A stretch of DNA of 63,377 nt, counting the filler, from Octopus bimaculoides (taxonomy: Eukaryota), in assembly GCF_001194135.2 (NCBI RefSeq). It is 4 parts of 4 records of this genome, joined end to end, with 100 filler letters (N's around TTAATTAATTAA, not from the genome) between each part and the next. Parts side by side here need not be neighbours in the genome. Positions count along the whole stretch, not along the records: positions 20,388 to 43,020 come from NC_069006.1; positions 43,121 to 58,118 come from NC_068987.1; 2 more parts are not named here. One strand, given 5' to 3'. Shown here piece by piece: positions 35,353 to 49,236 of the stretch. Every line of letters begins with the position of its first letter. The stretch's first letter is position 1. The notes under the pieces are model-generated. The model made no database searches. It was not told the DNA's origin and was given only the letters and a program-made list of their open reading frames with translations. The position numbers and the translations under genes were made by a program.

Positions 35353-36668
35353 CCCATTACCTATTTTTCTCTTTTCGATTACATTATCTATATAGACATA
35401 TTCGTATACTCCTCATATGTATGAACCACACTAAGATGATGTTAGCTTATGCTATCATTTCCCAAAAACAACTATGTTAACATCTTTCCACTTAGAGGGT
35501 CTTTCTCATTAATTTTCTTTGCGCATATTTGTGTGTGTGTGTGTGTGTAGCAACATGCTCATTCATTGGTTTTTATTTTTTTCTATTTTTGAAACTTCCA
35601 TTGCTATTTTCAATTTAAATTAATAAAAGAAATTAAAATAAAAAATTCCATCAACCTTTTACGGTTTGCTTTCCAACTCAAATGAAACTTGGTTCTGTCC
35701 AGTTGTTAACGATGTGAACTCCAAAGTAGAGAGTCGAGAGTCAACCTATGCTCAGGTGTTGGGAATTGTTATTTTAAACGCATAAGCATTGCTTTCACAA
35801 CAAGGAATCAGCCTTTTTTTTTGTAATCATAGTCATTTTTAAAAAATATATTTTCTTTTATTTTATAATAAAACATACTGCCAGAGTTAGGCATGTTAAT
35901 CCCACCATAAAAAATTTTAATCTTATTTTCTCTTTGTTAAGGCTTTTTATTTTTTGTAAATGCAAGGGGTGCTGGGTAGGAGGTATTTTTTAATTATTTT
36001 TTCATCTTTTTTTCTAAATAATTTTTTCCACATTCTATGGTNNNNNNNNNNNNNNNNNNNNNNNNNNNNNNNNNNNNNNNNNNNNNNNNNNNNNNNNNNN
36101 NNNNNNNNNNNNNNNNNNNNNNNNNNNNNNNNNNNNNNNNNNNNNNNNNNNNNNNNNNNNNNNNNNNNNNNNNNNNNNNNNNNNNNNNNNNNNNNNNNNN
36201 NNNNNNNNNNNNNNNNNNNNNNNNNNNNNNNNNNNNNNNNNNNNNNNNNNNNNNNNNNNNNNNNNNNNNNNNNNNNNNNNNNNNNNNNNNNNNNNNNNNN
36301 NNNNNNNNNNNNNNNNNNNNNNNNNNNNNNNNNNNNNNNNNNNNNNNNNNNNNNNNNNNNNNNNNNNNNNNNNNNNNNNNNNNNNNNNNNNNNNNNNNNN
36401 NNNNNNNNNNNNNNNNNNNNNNNNNNNNNNNNNNNNNNNNNNNNNNNNNNNNNNNNNNNNNNNNNNNNNNNNNNNNNNNNNNNNNNNNNNNNNNNNNNNN
36501 NNNNNNNNNNNNNNNNNNNNNNNNNNNNNNNNNNNNNNNNNNNNNNNNNNNNNNNNNNNNNNNNNNNNNNNNNNNNNNNCTCTCTCTCCTCCGTTGTAAA
36601 TAACTTCTGTTAACAACCCACATATATTGTTTTGACTCTGAAGGAATCAGCCTTATTTTAATTAGCTG

Positions 36669-36705
<37 letters not shown>

Positions 36706-37057
36706 TTTTTTTTTCCAATATTTTTTTAAACTTTAAAATAAAGAATTTTTTTTTTTAAAAAGACAATAAAAATACATATAAAAAAAAGAAAACCAATCGC
36801 ATATTGAAAATGTAGAATTATTTGAGTATTTTACAATAAAATGAAAGAAACATGAACAAGTTTCATTATTGAGTTACTAAAAAAAAATAAAATTTGTTTG
36901 TATATTTTTACTGTCGACTAACAAAACTCTATGACCCCTTATTAATGGAGTTCCCTATTATTTCTGTCATTGCAAATATTCTGTCTATCTATCTGCCTTT
37001 CTTTCTCTACTTCATGTTTAGTCTTATTTCTCATATCTTCAGTTATGTTTAATTTAA

Positions 37058-37385
37058 CCCTTTACCATTCAGGTTACTCATTGTTTATTTCTAAAATGAC
37101 ACTGTAGCATAGGTGTGAGAGGCCAGATAAAGCAGGTAGAATATTTAGGCTGGATATGGCAGGTTTAAATGCCAAAGCATTAACCCTTTAGCATTCAGAT
37201 TACCATACCAACACTTATTTATTCACATTGTTTTGAATTAATCCAATATAATCTTGTAGCTTTGAGATTCTAACGATGCGATTGCTTAATTTTTTTTTTT
37301 TTTAGAATGACATAAAAGAATAGGTGTGAGAGGCTGAATCTGCCTAGTTTGAACATTTTGGGCAGAGATATGGTTGGCTTAGATC
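37058..37385. mobile_element. Two tandem piggyBac-like MITE copies sharing a TTAA
   Basis: TTAA|CCCTTTA at 37054 and 37180. Confidence 0.6.
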
Positions 37386-37597
37386 CTGAGAAGCAGCTAA
37401 TTAACTGTAACAAGAACATATCATTTTAATGAAAATCCAGCTTCTAGAAGTAACAAAGAATCCCTAACACTCCTCCTATCCGCCCTTGCCACACCCCTGA
37501 AATAGTTCCAGCAGTTTCCATTATATTTTCTCTTGATGTATGAATCAGAGATCTCTGGATGAACCCAAACTGCTCTGCAACTTTAATACTATTATTA

Positions 37598-37628
<31 letters not shown>

Positions 37629-40600
37629 AAGGTGGTGAGTTGGCAGAATCATTAGCACGCCAGGCTAAATGCTTTGCGGTATTTTATCTGTCGTTACGTT
37701 CCAAGTTCAAATTCTGTTGAGGTTGACTTTGCCTTTCATCCTTTCAGGGTCGATGAATTAAGCACCAGTGAAACACTGGGGTCGATGTAATTGATTGGTC
37801 CCCCTCCCCACAAATATGAGGCCTTGTGCTTATAATAGAAAGGATTATTAACAATCAAAGGTGGCTAGCTTATAGAATCATTAATGTGGCATTTCTTCAG
37901 ACTGTTTGTGTTCTGAGTTCATATCCCACCGAGGTCAACTTTGCTTTACATTCTTTGGGAAGTTGATGAAACAAAGCAGCAGTCAAGTACTCCCTATCAA
38001 TGTAGCTGACTTCCCCTCCCCTCAAAACATCAGGCCTTCTGCCTACNNNNNNNNNNNNNNNNNNNNNNNNNNNNNNNNNNNNNNNNNNNNNNNNNNNNNN
38101 NNNNNNNNNNNNNNNNNNNNNNNNNNNNNNNNNNNNNNNNNNNNNNNNNNNNNNNNNNNNNNNNNNNNNNNNNNNNNNNNNNNNNNNNNNNNNNNNNNNN
38201 NNNNNNNNNNNNNNNNNNNNNNNNNNNNNNNNNNNNNNNNNNNNNNNNNNNNNNNNNNNNNNNNNNNNNNNNNNNNNNNNNNNNNNNNNNNNNNNNNNNN
38301 NNNNNNNNNNNNNNNNNNNNNNNNNNNNNNNNNNNNNNNNNNNNNNNNNNNNNNNNNNNNNNNNNNNNNNNNNNNNNNNNNNNNNNNNNNNNNNNNNNNN
38401 NNNNNNNNNNNNNNNNNNNNNNNNNNNNNNNNNNNNNNNNNNNNNNNNNNNNNNNNNNNNNNNNNNNNNNNNNNNNNNNNNNNNNNNNNNNNNNNNNNNN
38501 NNNNNNNNNNNNNNNNNNNNNNNNNNNNNNNNNNNNNNNNNNNNNNNNNNNNNNNNNNNNNNNNNNNNNNNNNNNNNNNNNNNNNNNNNNNNNNNNNNNN
38601 NNNNNNNNNNNNNNNNNNNNNNNNNNNNNTTTTTGTTATGTTTTCAATTTGGATCTGCAAAAAAAATACAAACAAAAAAACAAGTGAAAAACCACATTAA
38701 AAAAAATACACCAAGCCTCAGCCGTGTGAATTGGTTGCCTTTTGTCCGATGCCATCCTTGTAACACAAAGCAAAAAAAAAAAAACAACAAACAAAACTCT
38801 TTTATTATTGAGAATGTTTTCATTTGATCTATTGATGCAGCAATTGAAACGCTGTGTGTGTGTGTTTGTGTGTATGTGTGTGTGTGTGTGTGTGTGTGCG
38901 TGTGCAGTTCTTTATATATAAAGGAGTTGTTTCCACGGTGACAACATTTTCTTCACCATTATATGGTGCTAGCCTCTCTGTTATGTCTACTTCGTGTGTG
39001 TGTGTATGTGTGTGTTAGCTTAATCCCAACACCTCCACTAAATTGTCTTTTAGCTTCTTTTCTAATTCTATTCTCTCAAATATACATTTTTAGCCATTTC
39101 ACCATATATATTTAGTATCCAATTCTGTTTTTTTTTTTTTTTCTTCCTCTGTTTTTCCGGAGGCTATTGGGTCTTTTGATAGAACATAGCTTCTTGATTG
39201 AAACTTGTGAAAAAAAATACAATAACATGCATACACACACACACACACACACACTCTTGGCCTTGAAGTCACAAAGGTGTTTCAATATTTTGTAATTCAT
39301 TTATGTTCTGTTCAAAAATTTATAATTCCTTAACATCATATACAGTACATATATTATTTGTGTGTGTGTGCATATATAAGAAATAAATGTATGCTAGATG
39401 TGAAAAAACCCTAATTAAAACAAATAAAAAATTTCAAACCTCTTTGTGACTTTTGGAGCACTCTGTGTGTTTATACATACATACATATTCACACACACAC
39501 GTCATGCTAAACAGCTAATCTATCATTAGGTTTTGACAAAAACAGCAGATGCAAAGACAGATAAACATGCTTGTACGACTGTATGTACCGATGTATATGT
39601 GAGAGGGTTTTTTTTGCATTACAAAATAGAAATCACATTTTTTCTAAAAAAAAAAACAAAGCAAAAATAACAAAATTGTTTTTTTTAAATGCTGTATATT
39701 TAATTTTAAAGCTGATTGCAGGACATATTTTGCATGTTTTGAGATGCTGACCATGATGTGGTAAGACGGTTAATATTACATTCCAGAGCCACCGTTGGGA
39801 TTTCAAAGCTGTTTGTGTGATTGTCGTTGAAGGAGATGGAGCTAATGCAAACGCTCATAACAAATTCAATTAATTAAACTGCATAATAATAATAATGATG
39901 ATGATGATGATGATAATGATAATAATATTTATTTTATTTTTGTAAGTGTGTGGCTGTTGCCAGTATTGTGTGTATTTAGGATGTTGATAATGATGATGAT
40001 GATGATGATAAATGGGGCCAAGTGATGCTTGTTACACTTGTGTTATGGTCTGGAATGGAAAGATTGATGTATTTTCTCGCAGACTGTGTAGCTTCAGAGG
40101 AACTAAAGAAAGAAGAAGAAAAAAAATAAAATAAAATAACAGAAGAAAAAAAAAAACCAACAACTTTCAAACCAGTTTGGCAGTTTCCTTTACGATCTTC
40201 GTGCTTGTAGAGCATTCCTTCTAGCATGTTCTTTGAGATGGAATTCACAGACAGCAAAAATAAAAAAAAGAATCTTTGAATGAAACCAAGTCTATGGACT
40301 TTAAAGAAATTTCCCTGCATTCATCAGAGGTATTTAAAAATGAAATTTCAAAACATGCTTACAATTTATAATATAGTTGTTACTATTTTATTTTAGTTCT
40401 CTCAGCCTCTTGTTTCAAACCATTGAAATAAAATAAAATTAAAAAATAATAATGATAAAAAAAAAAAAAATAATACGTCGGAAATGAAATTTGAGTTGCT
40501 GTAGTTCCCATTGTGTATCAATATGATGCTAGTGTACTTAAATAATAATAATAATAATAATAAAAAAACAAAAAACAAACTTTTTAACATTTGGCTCAAT

Positions 40601-42237
40601 TTGCAGCTCTCGAGAAGAATGGTTAAAGATAGTGATTTCTGTTCAGTTTCCTTTCTGTGAAATTACAATTTATCAACTTAGGAAGGGGAAATGAAAGACA
40701 GTTTGATTACAAAAAAATTTTTAAATAAAAAAATTTAAAAAAACCCTCACTAATCTGGTTCCAAATTTATGTGGAGTGTAAGAATAAAAAACGAAGAAAA
40801 ATATCTGCTGTTTTCTTCAAATTATGCAGAGGATTGTTTCTTTATTATTTTCTTTTTCCTTCGTATTTTTACTGAAATTTCTGCTTTCAGTTAATTTACT
40901 TTTTTGTTTTATTTACAAGTCAGCAAGTCTTTCCTATCTCAATATTTTCTTTCAATCTTGTGACTTTTAACCAAAAAAAGGGGGGAATAAATAAATAAAT
41001 AAATAAAATGATGCAGTAAGGGAGATAACTGTTGCTTTCAGAATTTCAGTGTCACCATGCCACAGACCTCGTTTGGTTATAAAATGTTTATAAATTTGGA
41101 AATTCTGTAAATTTTAAAAGCCATCCATAACGTTTTTCTCTTTTACCCTGAAGGCAACACTGTTCTAGTTCACATGCTCAATGATTCTACCCTGTTATTC
41201 TGACAGGGCATTACTTTTCTACACATCCCACCCCCCACATACACACATAAACCATAAAGACCTTTTTTTTTTTTAACTCAAAGTGTTTTACAGTTTCATT
41301 TGATATTCTGTTAAAAGTTCTGTTTGTTCAAAAATACCCTATGCTTCACACATTGGTTCATTTGGGTTTGCAGTCTCCTTCTGCATCTTCCATTTTATTT
41401 TTGTTCAACACACACACACACACACACACACACANNNNNNNNNNNNNNNNNNNNNNNNNNNNNNNNNNNNNNNNNNNNNNNNNNNNNNNNNNNNNNNNNN
41501 NNNNNNNNNNNNNNNNNNNNNNNNNNNNNNNNNNNNNNNNNNNNNNNNNNNNNNNNNNNNNNNNNNNNNNNNNNNNNNNNNNNNNNNNNNNNNNNNNNNN
41601 NNNNNNNNNNNNNNNNNNNNNNNNNNNNNNNNNNNNNNNNNNNNNNNNNNNNNNNNNNNNNNNNNNNNNNNNNNNNNNNATTAGATTTCCTTGCAATTAA
41701 ACAGAATGCAGTGTGACCCCATGCAATACGTGGCATCACTAGTGAGTTCCAGTGACAGGATGTGGCAGTTAACATGTTAATTTGAAATTCGGTTAAAAGT
41801 TTTGTTTGTTCAATGATCCCGTATATTTAACACAATAGGTTCGTTAAGTTTCATGTGCAGTCTCCTCCTCCAGCGTTTTTATAATTTTGGTATTAAATAG
41901 CCTCAGATATTTCCAATATATTCGTTAAGCAACCAACTTGAATTGTGCAAACTGTGTGATTGAACTAGGGGGAAAAAAATTTAAAAAATCTTGGCTGATT
42001 GCTGTTTTAAAGGAAATATTGTTGTGAATGTATAACTTGTTGGACTTCCAAAAGAAATCTTTAAACTGCCCTGTTCTACCCACCCAAATCCGTGTCTCTT
42101 TCGAGAACTTGCCTTTTTTCATGTGCAACCAGGCCACCTGAAGTATCAGGCTACAAGAAAATCACTCCAGTCCACATGTATGACAAACAGCACAGAAATT
42201 GCCAGAAGGGTTTCTGTTTGTTTTTTGGTAAAAGTTC

Positions 42238-42545
42238 ACCCTTCAGCATTCAGGTTGCTCTGTCGAATGTAATGCTTATTTGTTCAATGCAGAACCATCT
42301 TATCGTTTTCAATTAATCCTGGATTATCTCATAGCTTTGAGATTTCAATGATGAGATTGTTTGTTTTTAGAATGGCATTGTAGGGTAACTGAGAGGCTGG
42401 AGCTAACCAGTTCAAACCTGAAACCAAGAATATTTGGGCTGGTTACAGATAATCCAACTGTTTAGCATTCAAATTACTCTGTCAAATGTAATGCTTCCTT
42501 ATTCACATTGTTTTCAATTAATCAGGCTTGGAGATTTTGATGTGT
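42238..42545. mobile_element. Degraded copies of the same piggyBac-like MITE
   Basis: CCCTTCAGCATTCAGGTTGCTCTGTCGAATGTAATGC... and TTTAGCATTCAAATTACTCTGTCAAATG... Confidence 0.5.
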
Positions 42546-42975
42546 AAAGAAAGCACTCTTAATTGAATATTTATAGGACAGAGCTACTTTGAGGTATTTC
42601 AATCCCATATGTGCAGGGCCTTTCAAACCAGACTTACACATTGAATGTGGCCATTGGACAAACAATGTTGTAGTCTAAACTCTCCGTTCAACTAAGATAG
42701 ATTAATTAATATGAACTGTAATGAAGCAACAAATTTGTTGTGTGTGTTTTATATATAAATGTATATATATATGAAAATATAAACTGCCATAAGATGATGA
42801 TGAAGAAGTTCCTTGTATGAGGGCAGGTCTTTCAGTTATGTTTTATGGATGAAAGGTTTCTGGGGGTTTTTTTGTTTGTTTTTCTTTTTAAATGTTTCCT
42901 GTATACTTAAAGTGTCTGCTTTTAGTTTAGAGACATTGACCAACCTTTCAAATGGAAGCTGACAAACAACAATAA

Positions 42976-43018
<43 letters not shown>

Positions 43019-43120
43019 TANNNNNNNNNNNNNNNNNNNNNNNNNNNNNNNNNNNNNNNNNNNNTTAATTAATTAANNNNNNNNNNNNNNNNNNNNNNNN
43101 NNNNNNNNNNNNNNNNNNNN

Positions 43121-43170
<50 letters not shown>

Positions 43171-44136
43171 ACGCACGCGTTCGTGTGTTTGTGCGTGCGT
43201 GCGTGTATGTGTAGCGGGGGAGGGTCCGATGGTTAGTCATGCGAACTACGTAACCAGCTCAGTACAGGAGTGAGTAGATGCTGGGTTAAAATATACATCA
43301 TGGATAAACCACGTTTCGATAGCTTGAAATGGAGTTCGTACCAACTATTTTCTCTTTCACATTTCACACTCTGTAGTTGCTATAGTTATTAATATCCAAA
43401 CACTATCCGTTTACCCTTATAAAACTTTATGTTAGTCATAAAACTATTCATATTTCCAATGAGACATTTTATGATCCTTAACACCAACAATTTGTAAAGA
43501 AAGGTAAACAATCACTGATGTGTCTCCAACAAAATACGAAACTAACCGTTTCAGCTCCTCACTCCAGTCTTTAAAATACGTCATTCAATATAACGTTCTT
43601 CGTATTCTAGGTGTTGCCCTTATATGGAAATAACACGCAGAAGGTAGCGGCTATAGAAGTAGAAATAAGAGGGAAAAGAAATAGAGAAGTATGATTGGTA
43701 GGAGGTGGAGACTGAGGTGAATCATTTGTGGTTATTATATAAGAGAAGGGTGGCGGTCTGGCAGAAACGTTAGCGCGCCGGGCAAAACGCTTAACGGCAT
43801 TTCGTCCGCTTTTACGTTCTTAGTTCAAATTCCGCCGAGGTCGACTTTGCCTTTCATCCTTTCGGGGTCGATTAAATAAGTACAATTGAATACTGGAGTC
43901 GATGCAATCAACTTGCCCCCTCCCACGTAATTGCTGGCCTTGTGCAAAAGATTTGAACTCATTATATAACAAGAGAAGCAATAGTAACATTAGGAGACAA
44001 GGCGGCGAGCTGGCAGAAACGTTAGCACGCTGGGCGAAATGGTTAGCGGTATTTCGTCTGCCGTTACGTTCTGTGTTCAANNNNNNNNNNGAACTCATTA
44101 TATAACAAGAGAAGCAATAGTAACATTAGGAGACAA

Positions 44137-44385
44137 GGCGGCGAGCTGGCAGAAACGTTAGCACGCTGGGCGAAATGGTTAGCGGTATTTCGTCTGCCGT
44201 TACGTTCTGTGTTCAAATTCCGCCGAGGTCGACTTTGCCTTTCACCTTTCGGGGTCGATAAATTAAGTACCAGTCGATAAATTAAGTACCAGTTGAGCAC
44301 TGGGGTCGATATAATCGACTTAATCCCTTTGTCTGTCCTTGTTCGTCCCCTCTATGTTTAGCCCCTTGTGGGCAATAAAGAAATA
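44137..44385 (+). mobile_element. tRNA-derived SINE (family B), young copy with 18-bp TSD
   Basis: GGCGGCGAGCTGGCAGAA head, GTTCAAATTCC B-box, tail GCCCCTTGTGGGCAATAAAG. TSD AGTAACATTAGGAGACAA at 44119-44136 and 44386-44403. Confidence 0.9.
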
Positions 44386-45319
44386 AGTAACATTAGGAGA
44401 CAATGAGAGAAGAAGGAAGAAGAAGTCGTTCCGTATGAAATAGTGTAACATTTTTAGCGTGACCAAGCAACCAACAACGAATATTAATTATAGTTCGATA
44501 GATATTATTAGTGAATCTATCAATAGCTATTATTAGTGTGTCTATCGACTTATCAATGGGTGAATATGTTCCTGTTGTGTTTCTTGTGTTGTGTTTTTGT
44601 TGTTGTTGTTGTTTAACCCTAAGCAGCTCGGGTCTAGCAAACCCATGATTAAAATCGTCCTGGCCGTGCTGATCCGGTCATGCAATACGCCCAGGACTGC
44701 ATTATCTTGTGCGGCTTTCCAATAAAACACTTACAAGGGCTGTGAGTCAGTACATGTTCGTCCTCTTTCTCTCCCTTCCTCTCTCACTCTCCCCCCTCTC
44801 TCAACGCGCGTGTGCTTCGTCAAAAATGGAGTTGCCAATGTACAGATGTCCTATTACATAACACATCTCTAATAGCAGTTGGATAATGTTAAATACGAAC
44901 CTGCAAATAAAGCAAGAGGGTGCGGTTATTAAAGCTTTCAGGTTTAGCAGGGTTGGGTGGTCGTGTTTGACAGGACTCGGTGCCGAACCATCCTCTTCTA
45001 AATAAACATACATTTAATGCCATTTTCATACTCTGCAACAATGGATTTTCCTACTTCGTAGTTGCACACGTACATAAACTCACAGCAACACATACATAAC
45101 ACACACACACACGCACACACACACACACACACGTATATGCACATGCGCACGCACACACGCACACATACACACACACAAATAAACATACATGTATTTCGGG
45201 TTTCGGGTGTATATGTTTGTACAAATACTCACACATACATATTAACAGATATATTATACACGTATAAATGCATACGTACAAAATATACATACATGTATAT
45301 ATACATGCGTACACAAGTA

Positions 45320-45359
<40 letters not shown>

Positions 45360-45401
45360 TGTATGTATGTACATGTATAGATATATGTTCATATACTGTA
45401 C

Positions 45402-45436
<35 letters not shown>

Positions 45437-45941
45437 GCATATACGCATTCACATACATACATACATGCATACACACACGAGAGTTGTAAAGTATATTGAA
45501 ATATGTTACATAACGTAAATATATAGAAATCCATATGTTGGACAGGGTGGAGAAATATGTTTATTATATCAAAAGTTGACAGTCTATAACTGAATTTCAT
45601 CAGAGAATGGGCTGTTCACACATACACACACGTTCACACACACAGAGGCGCATACACACACGCATAAACACATATATATTTATACTCAGGCTCATATATC
45701 ATATATCAGCTCAATCAAGGCTAACCTAGGGTTAAAGAATTAGAAATAACGCTGACACTTTGACCAAATTCAGGGAATTTTGTAACCTTGATAACAACCA
45801 CCCTCCCACCAACCCATCCATCCATCCATCCATCCATCCATCCATACATACATACATACATACATCCATAGTCCTCACTTGTAATCTAAGATGATTTGCT
45901 AGGCTGTACCATGCTTTCGCTAATTGTTTTAGGTGCGCATA

Positions 45942-46343
45942 TACTCTTTTATTCTTATACTTGTTTCAGTCATTTGACTGTGACCATGCTGGAGCACCGC
46001 CTTTATTCGAGCGAATCGACCCCAGGACTTATTCTTTGTAAGCCTAGTACTTATTCTATCGGTCTCTTTTGCCGAACCGCTAAGTTACGGGGACGTAGAC
46101 ACACCAGCATCGGTTGTCAAGCGATGTTGGGGGGACAAACACAGACACACATACATACATATATATATACATATATATACGACGGGTTTCTTTCAGTTTC
46201 CGTCTACCAAATCCACTCATAAGGCTTTGGTCGGCCCGAAGCTATAGTAGAAGACACTTGCCCAAGGTGCCACGCAGTGGGACTGAACCCGGAACCTTGT
46301 GGTTCGTAAGCAAGTTACTTACCACACAGCCACTCCTACGCCT
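45942..46343 (-). mobile_element. Family A SINE, full length
   Basis: Head, CORE-like block, internal microsatellite, tail CAGTCAAATGACTGAAACAAG. Confidence 0.85.
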
Positions 46344-47004
46344 ATTGTCACGATCAGCTTGTTCCTTTCATCCTTGTTCGAGCATGTGACAGCTGGAGGA
46401 GAGAGGCCTTCATTGACACTGAGCTGCTAATTTTCTGCTAAATAGAGCCCCTTGTTGAAGTTTGTAACGCACCACCCTGTCTAGGAATCGAGCCCATTAC
46501 CGTTATGGTCGTGAGCTCAATATCTTAATCATTAGGCCACGCGCATTTACAGCCTTGATAACAAACTCGTTTAAATCTGTTGACCAAAACTCATTCAATA
46601 ATGAGCTAATGAATGAAAGGAGTATTTTATTACAAGAGGGTGTAGAATTTAGTGAGTATTTCACGTGGCCGTATTACAATACCGTCTGCAGAAAGGGTGG
46701 GGTTCTGTTACTTAAAAAAGGACGGAATCCATTTGGGAGAGCAAGATACTATTGTTGTTATGAATCATACATATGGCGATGAATAGACGAGGGTGGGGCG
46801 AGTGAAAATACAAAATAAAGTTTAAAAGAAAATCAAACAAGCACAACAAACGAAATAAATAAAATAATAAAATAAAATACTCCTTAGTGTGAAATGCATC
46901 AGATCTGAAATTCATTGAGAAGGCCTGTTGCTATTGCTATCAACTTTCTTGCAAGATATCTTTCTGTTTCTGTGACAAAATTGTTACTTTATATATATAT
47001 ATAT

Positions 47005-47765
47005 AAAGGGTGTCCCCAAAAATATATCCACACAATGGTTATAGAGTTAGTGTTTATTTCATTTTCAAAACTTAATAGATTAAAATTTTAATGCAGTTCT
47101 TTTATGAACGTCTGTTTTCAAACTGATGACAACGTTTCTAGTTCAGGCACTGCAGATAATACAAAGGAATAGAATCACAAACGTAAAGAAACGTTTCATC
47201 CCGTATTTGTTCTCGTTGTCATTCAATGGTCACTCATTTCATCGATTATTGTCGTTTTACGGTTTTCTACCGTAAATTTTATCTTCAAAGTATCCCATCA
47301 AAATATCTAGTAGCGTGAGGTCTGGAGGGCTCGGCGGATGTTCTACTAAGCCTCTTCGTCGAATCCAACTATTTAGCAAAATCGCATCAACATTTCATAC
47401 ATGGTAGTTTGGAGGTGCTCCTTCTTGTTGAAAATAAAACTCCATATCTTTAAATGCCCTCTTGAATGCTTTACATGGCAGTTTGTCGCAGAAAGTTCAA
47501 ATAAATGGGATCAGTCACTGTATTGTAAAAGAAAAAAAGTATGGTCCTCTGATGACAAACTGCACCATACTTTAGCTCCTAATGAATTAATGTTTCAGGG
47601 CCATCTAGGTGTGAACATCGGAATGTTAAAAGACCCGAAACGTCAATGGCCCTTGGAAGCATCACTGCTGATGTGTCTTGGTACTAAAAAGAATGATGCA
47701 TTGAATTGCCACAACAAATTTTCTTCGTTTCCAACACAAAATCTCCCAATATCCCAACATTATAA
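47005..47765 (-). mobile_element. Tc1/mariner-superfamily transposase remnant
   Basis: Minus strand ISSDAS...KVWCSLSS...FYFQQEGAPP...WIRRRGLVEHPPSPPDLTLLD...YFEDKIY. TIR-like AGGGTGTCCCCAAAA near 47006. Confidence 0.85.
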
Positions 47766-47769
47766 AGGT

Positions 47770-48200
47770 CCTGGCACCGATACAGTTGTCAATATAATGA
47801 CCATGCAGCTGTGGAATGGTTCCAGTGAACTGGGAAAATATTTACCCTTCAATGTGACTTACAAAGAATTTGACGTAATTGGGTCCCATCCTAGTTCCCA
47901 TAGCATACTCACTGAATTGTTTCTAAGATTCCCCAGAGAAAGAAAAGCAATTAAGGGTTAGGACGAGCTCGGCTAAGAGGAGGAGTGTAGTAGTACTAAT
48001 CACAGGTAGAGAACGGTGGTCTAGGAATTATTTAAGGGTTGACTGGACGTCTTGTGAGGGATAACGGTCTTGAGTAATTTAATGTTTGGGCCCTTAAGAC
48101 AGAAAAGAGAACGGGTTCAAGAGGTATAGGACATAGTTAGTGTCTAATGTGTGAGGGTTGCGCAGCAACGGAAGTTGATGATATGTTGACGTACGATGAT
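47770..48200 (-). mobile_element. Second Penelope-like RT fragment
   Basis: Minus strand reads YAMGTRMGPNYVKFFVSHIEG*IFSQFTGTIPQLHGHYIDNCIG. DNA is similar to 18001-18140. Confidence 0.8.
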
Positions 48201-48549
48201 AGAAGTTGTGTACGGCAGTTACAAGCGGAGACGAGGTAGGGCATCCTGGATTATCTGCATACACACACATACACACGCACGCACAAAGTGTAAGCGACAG
48301 GCTGCCAAGGAGTTTCTACTTACCAATTTCCTAAATTCACTCACATGCATTGAAACGCCCGGGCTTGTTGACGAATATACTTGACCAAGCAGCTATGCAG
48401 TTGGAGAGCCCAAAACCACGTAGTCACCAAGAGAATTTCTTAACCACACACAACCACGCCAGCACCTATACATACATATATACATGCACACATTTTACAC
48501 ACACACATATACACACATACACGTATATACAGTAATCTGTATTTGTGAA

Positions 48550-48665
48550 GGCGCATGGCTCAGTGGTTAGAGCGTCGAACTTACGATCGTAGGGTTGTGA
48601 GTTCGAATCCCGGACCGAGCTGCGTGTTGTGTTCTTGAGCAAGACACTTTATTTTACGTTGCTCC
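48550..48665 (+). mobile_element. tRNA-derived SINE (family C), 5' part
   Basis: TGGCTCAGTGG A-box and GTTCGAATCC B-box, then GTGTTCTTGAGCAAGACAC. No acceptor stem, so not a tRNA gene. Confidence 0.75.
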
Positions 48666-48684
48666 AAAAAAAAAAGAAAAAAAA

Positions 48685-48914
48685 GGTGGTGAGCTGGCAG
48701 AATCGTTAGCACGCCGGGCGAAATGCTTAGCGGTATTTCGTCTGCCGCTACGTTCTGAGTTCAAATTCTGCCGAGGTCGACTTTGCCTTTCATCCTTTCG
48801 GGGTTGATTAAATAAGTACCAGTTACACACTGGGGTCGATGTAATCGACTTAATCCCTTTGTCTGTCCTTGTTTGTCCCTTCTATGTTTAGCTTCTTGTG
48901 GGCAATAAAGAATT
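48685..48914 (+). mobile_element. Family B SINE, full length
   Basis: Near-identical to 44137-44385. Confidence 0.88.
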
Positions 48915-48921
48915 GTATATA

Positions 48922-49146
48922 CAGTAATCTCTAACCGTATCGCGGTTCATCTATCGCGGTTTATTATTTAAACTTACGTCGATTCCTCCGTGGTGTTGTT
49001 TTGCATTTATTGTTAAATAAATATATGCAAATTATGAAAATAGTAAAAAAAAAGATGTACGGTACAGTACTGTTTTTACTTCGTGGATTTTCACCTATCT
49101 CGGGGGGTTTCGGAACGTAACACACGTGATTGTCAAGGGGTTACTG
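48922..49146. mobile_element. Tigger/pogo-like MITE
   Basis: TA|CAGTAATCTCT ... AGGGGTTACTG|TA termini. Confidence 0.65.
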
Positions 49147-49170
49147 TATATTTGTATTTGTATGTATGAT

Positions 49171-49236
<66 letters not shown>

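Noticed and set aside
43955-44216. 126-bp perfect direct repeat suggesting a tandem SINE
   Set aside because: The copies flank a 10-N gap and are identical, so this is an unmerged contig overlap.
48550-48625. tRNA gene (also about 58625-58700 and 46465-46548)
   Set aside because: A/B boxes are present but there is no closed cloverleaf and the sequence continues into SINE body.
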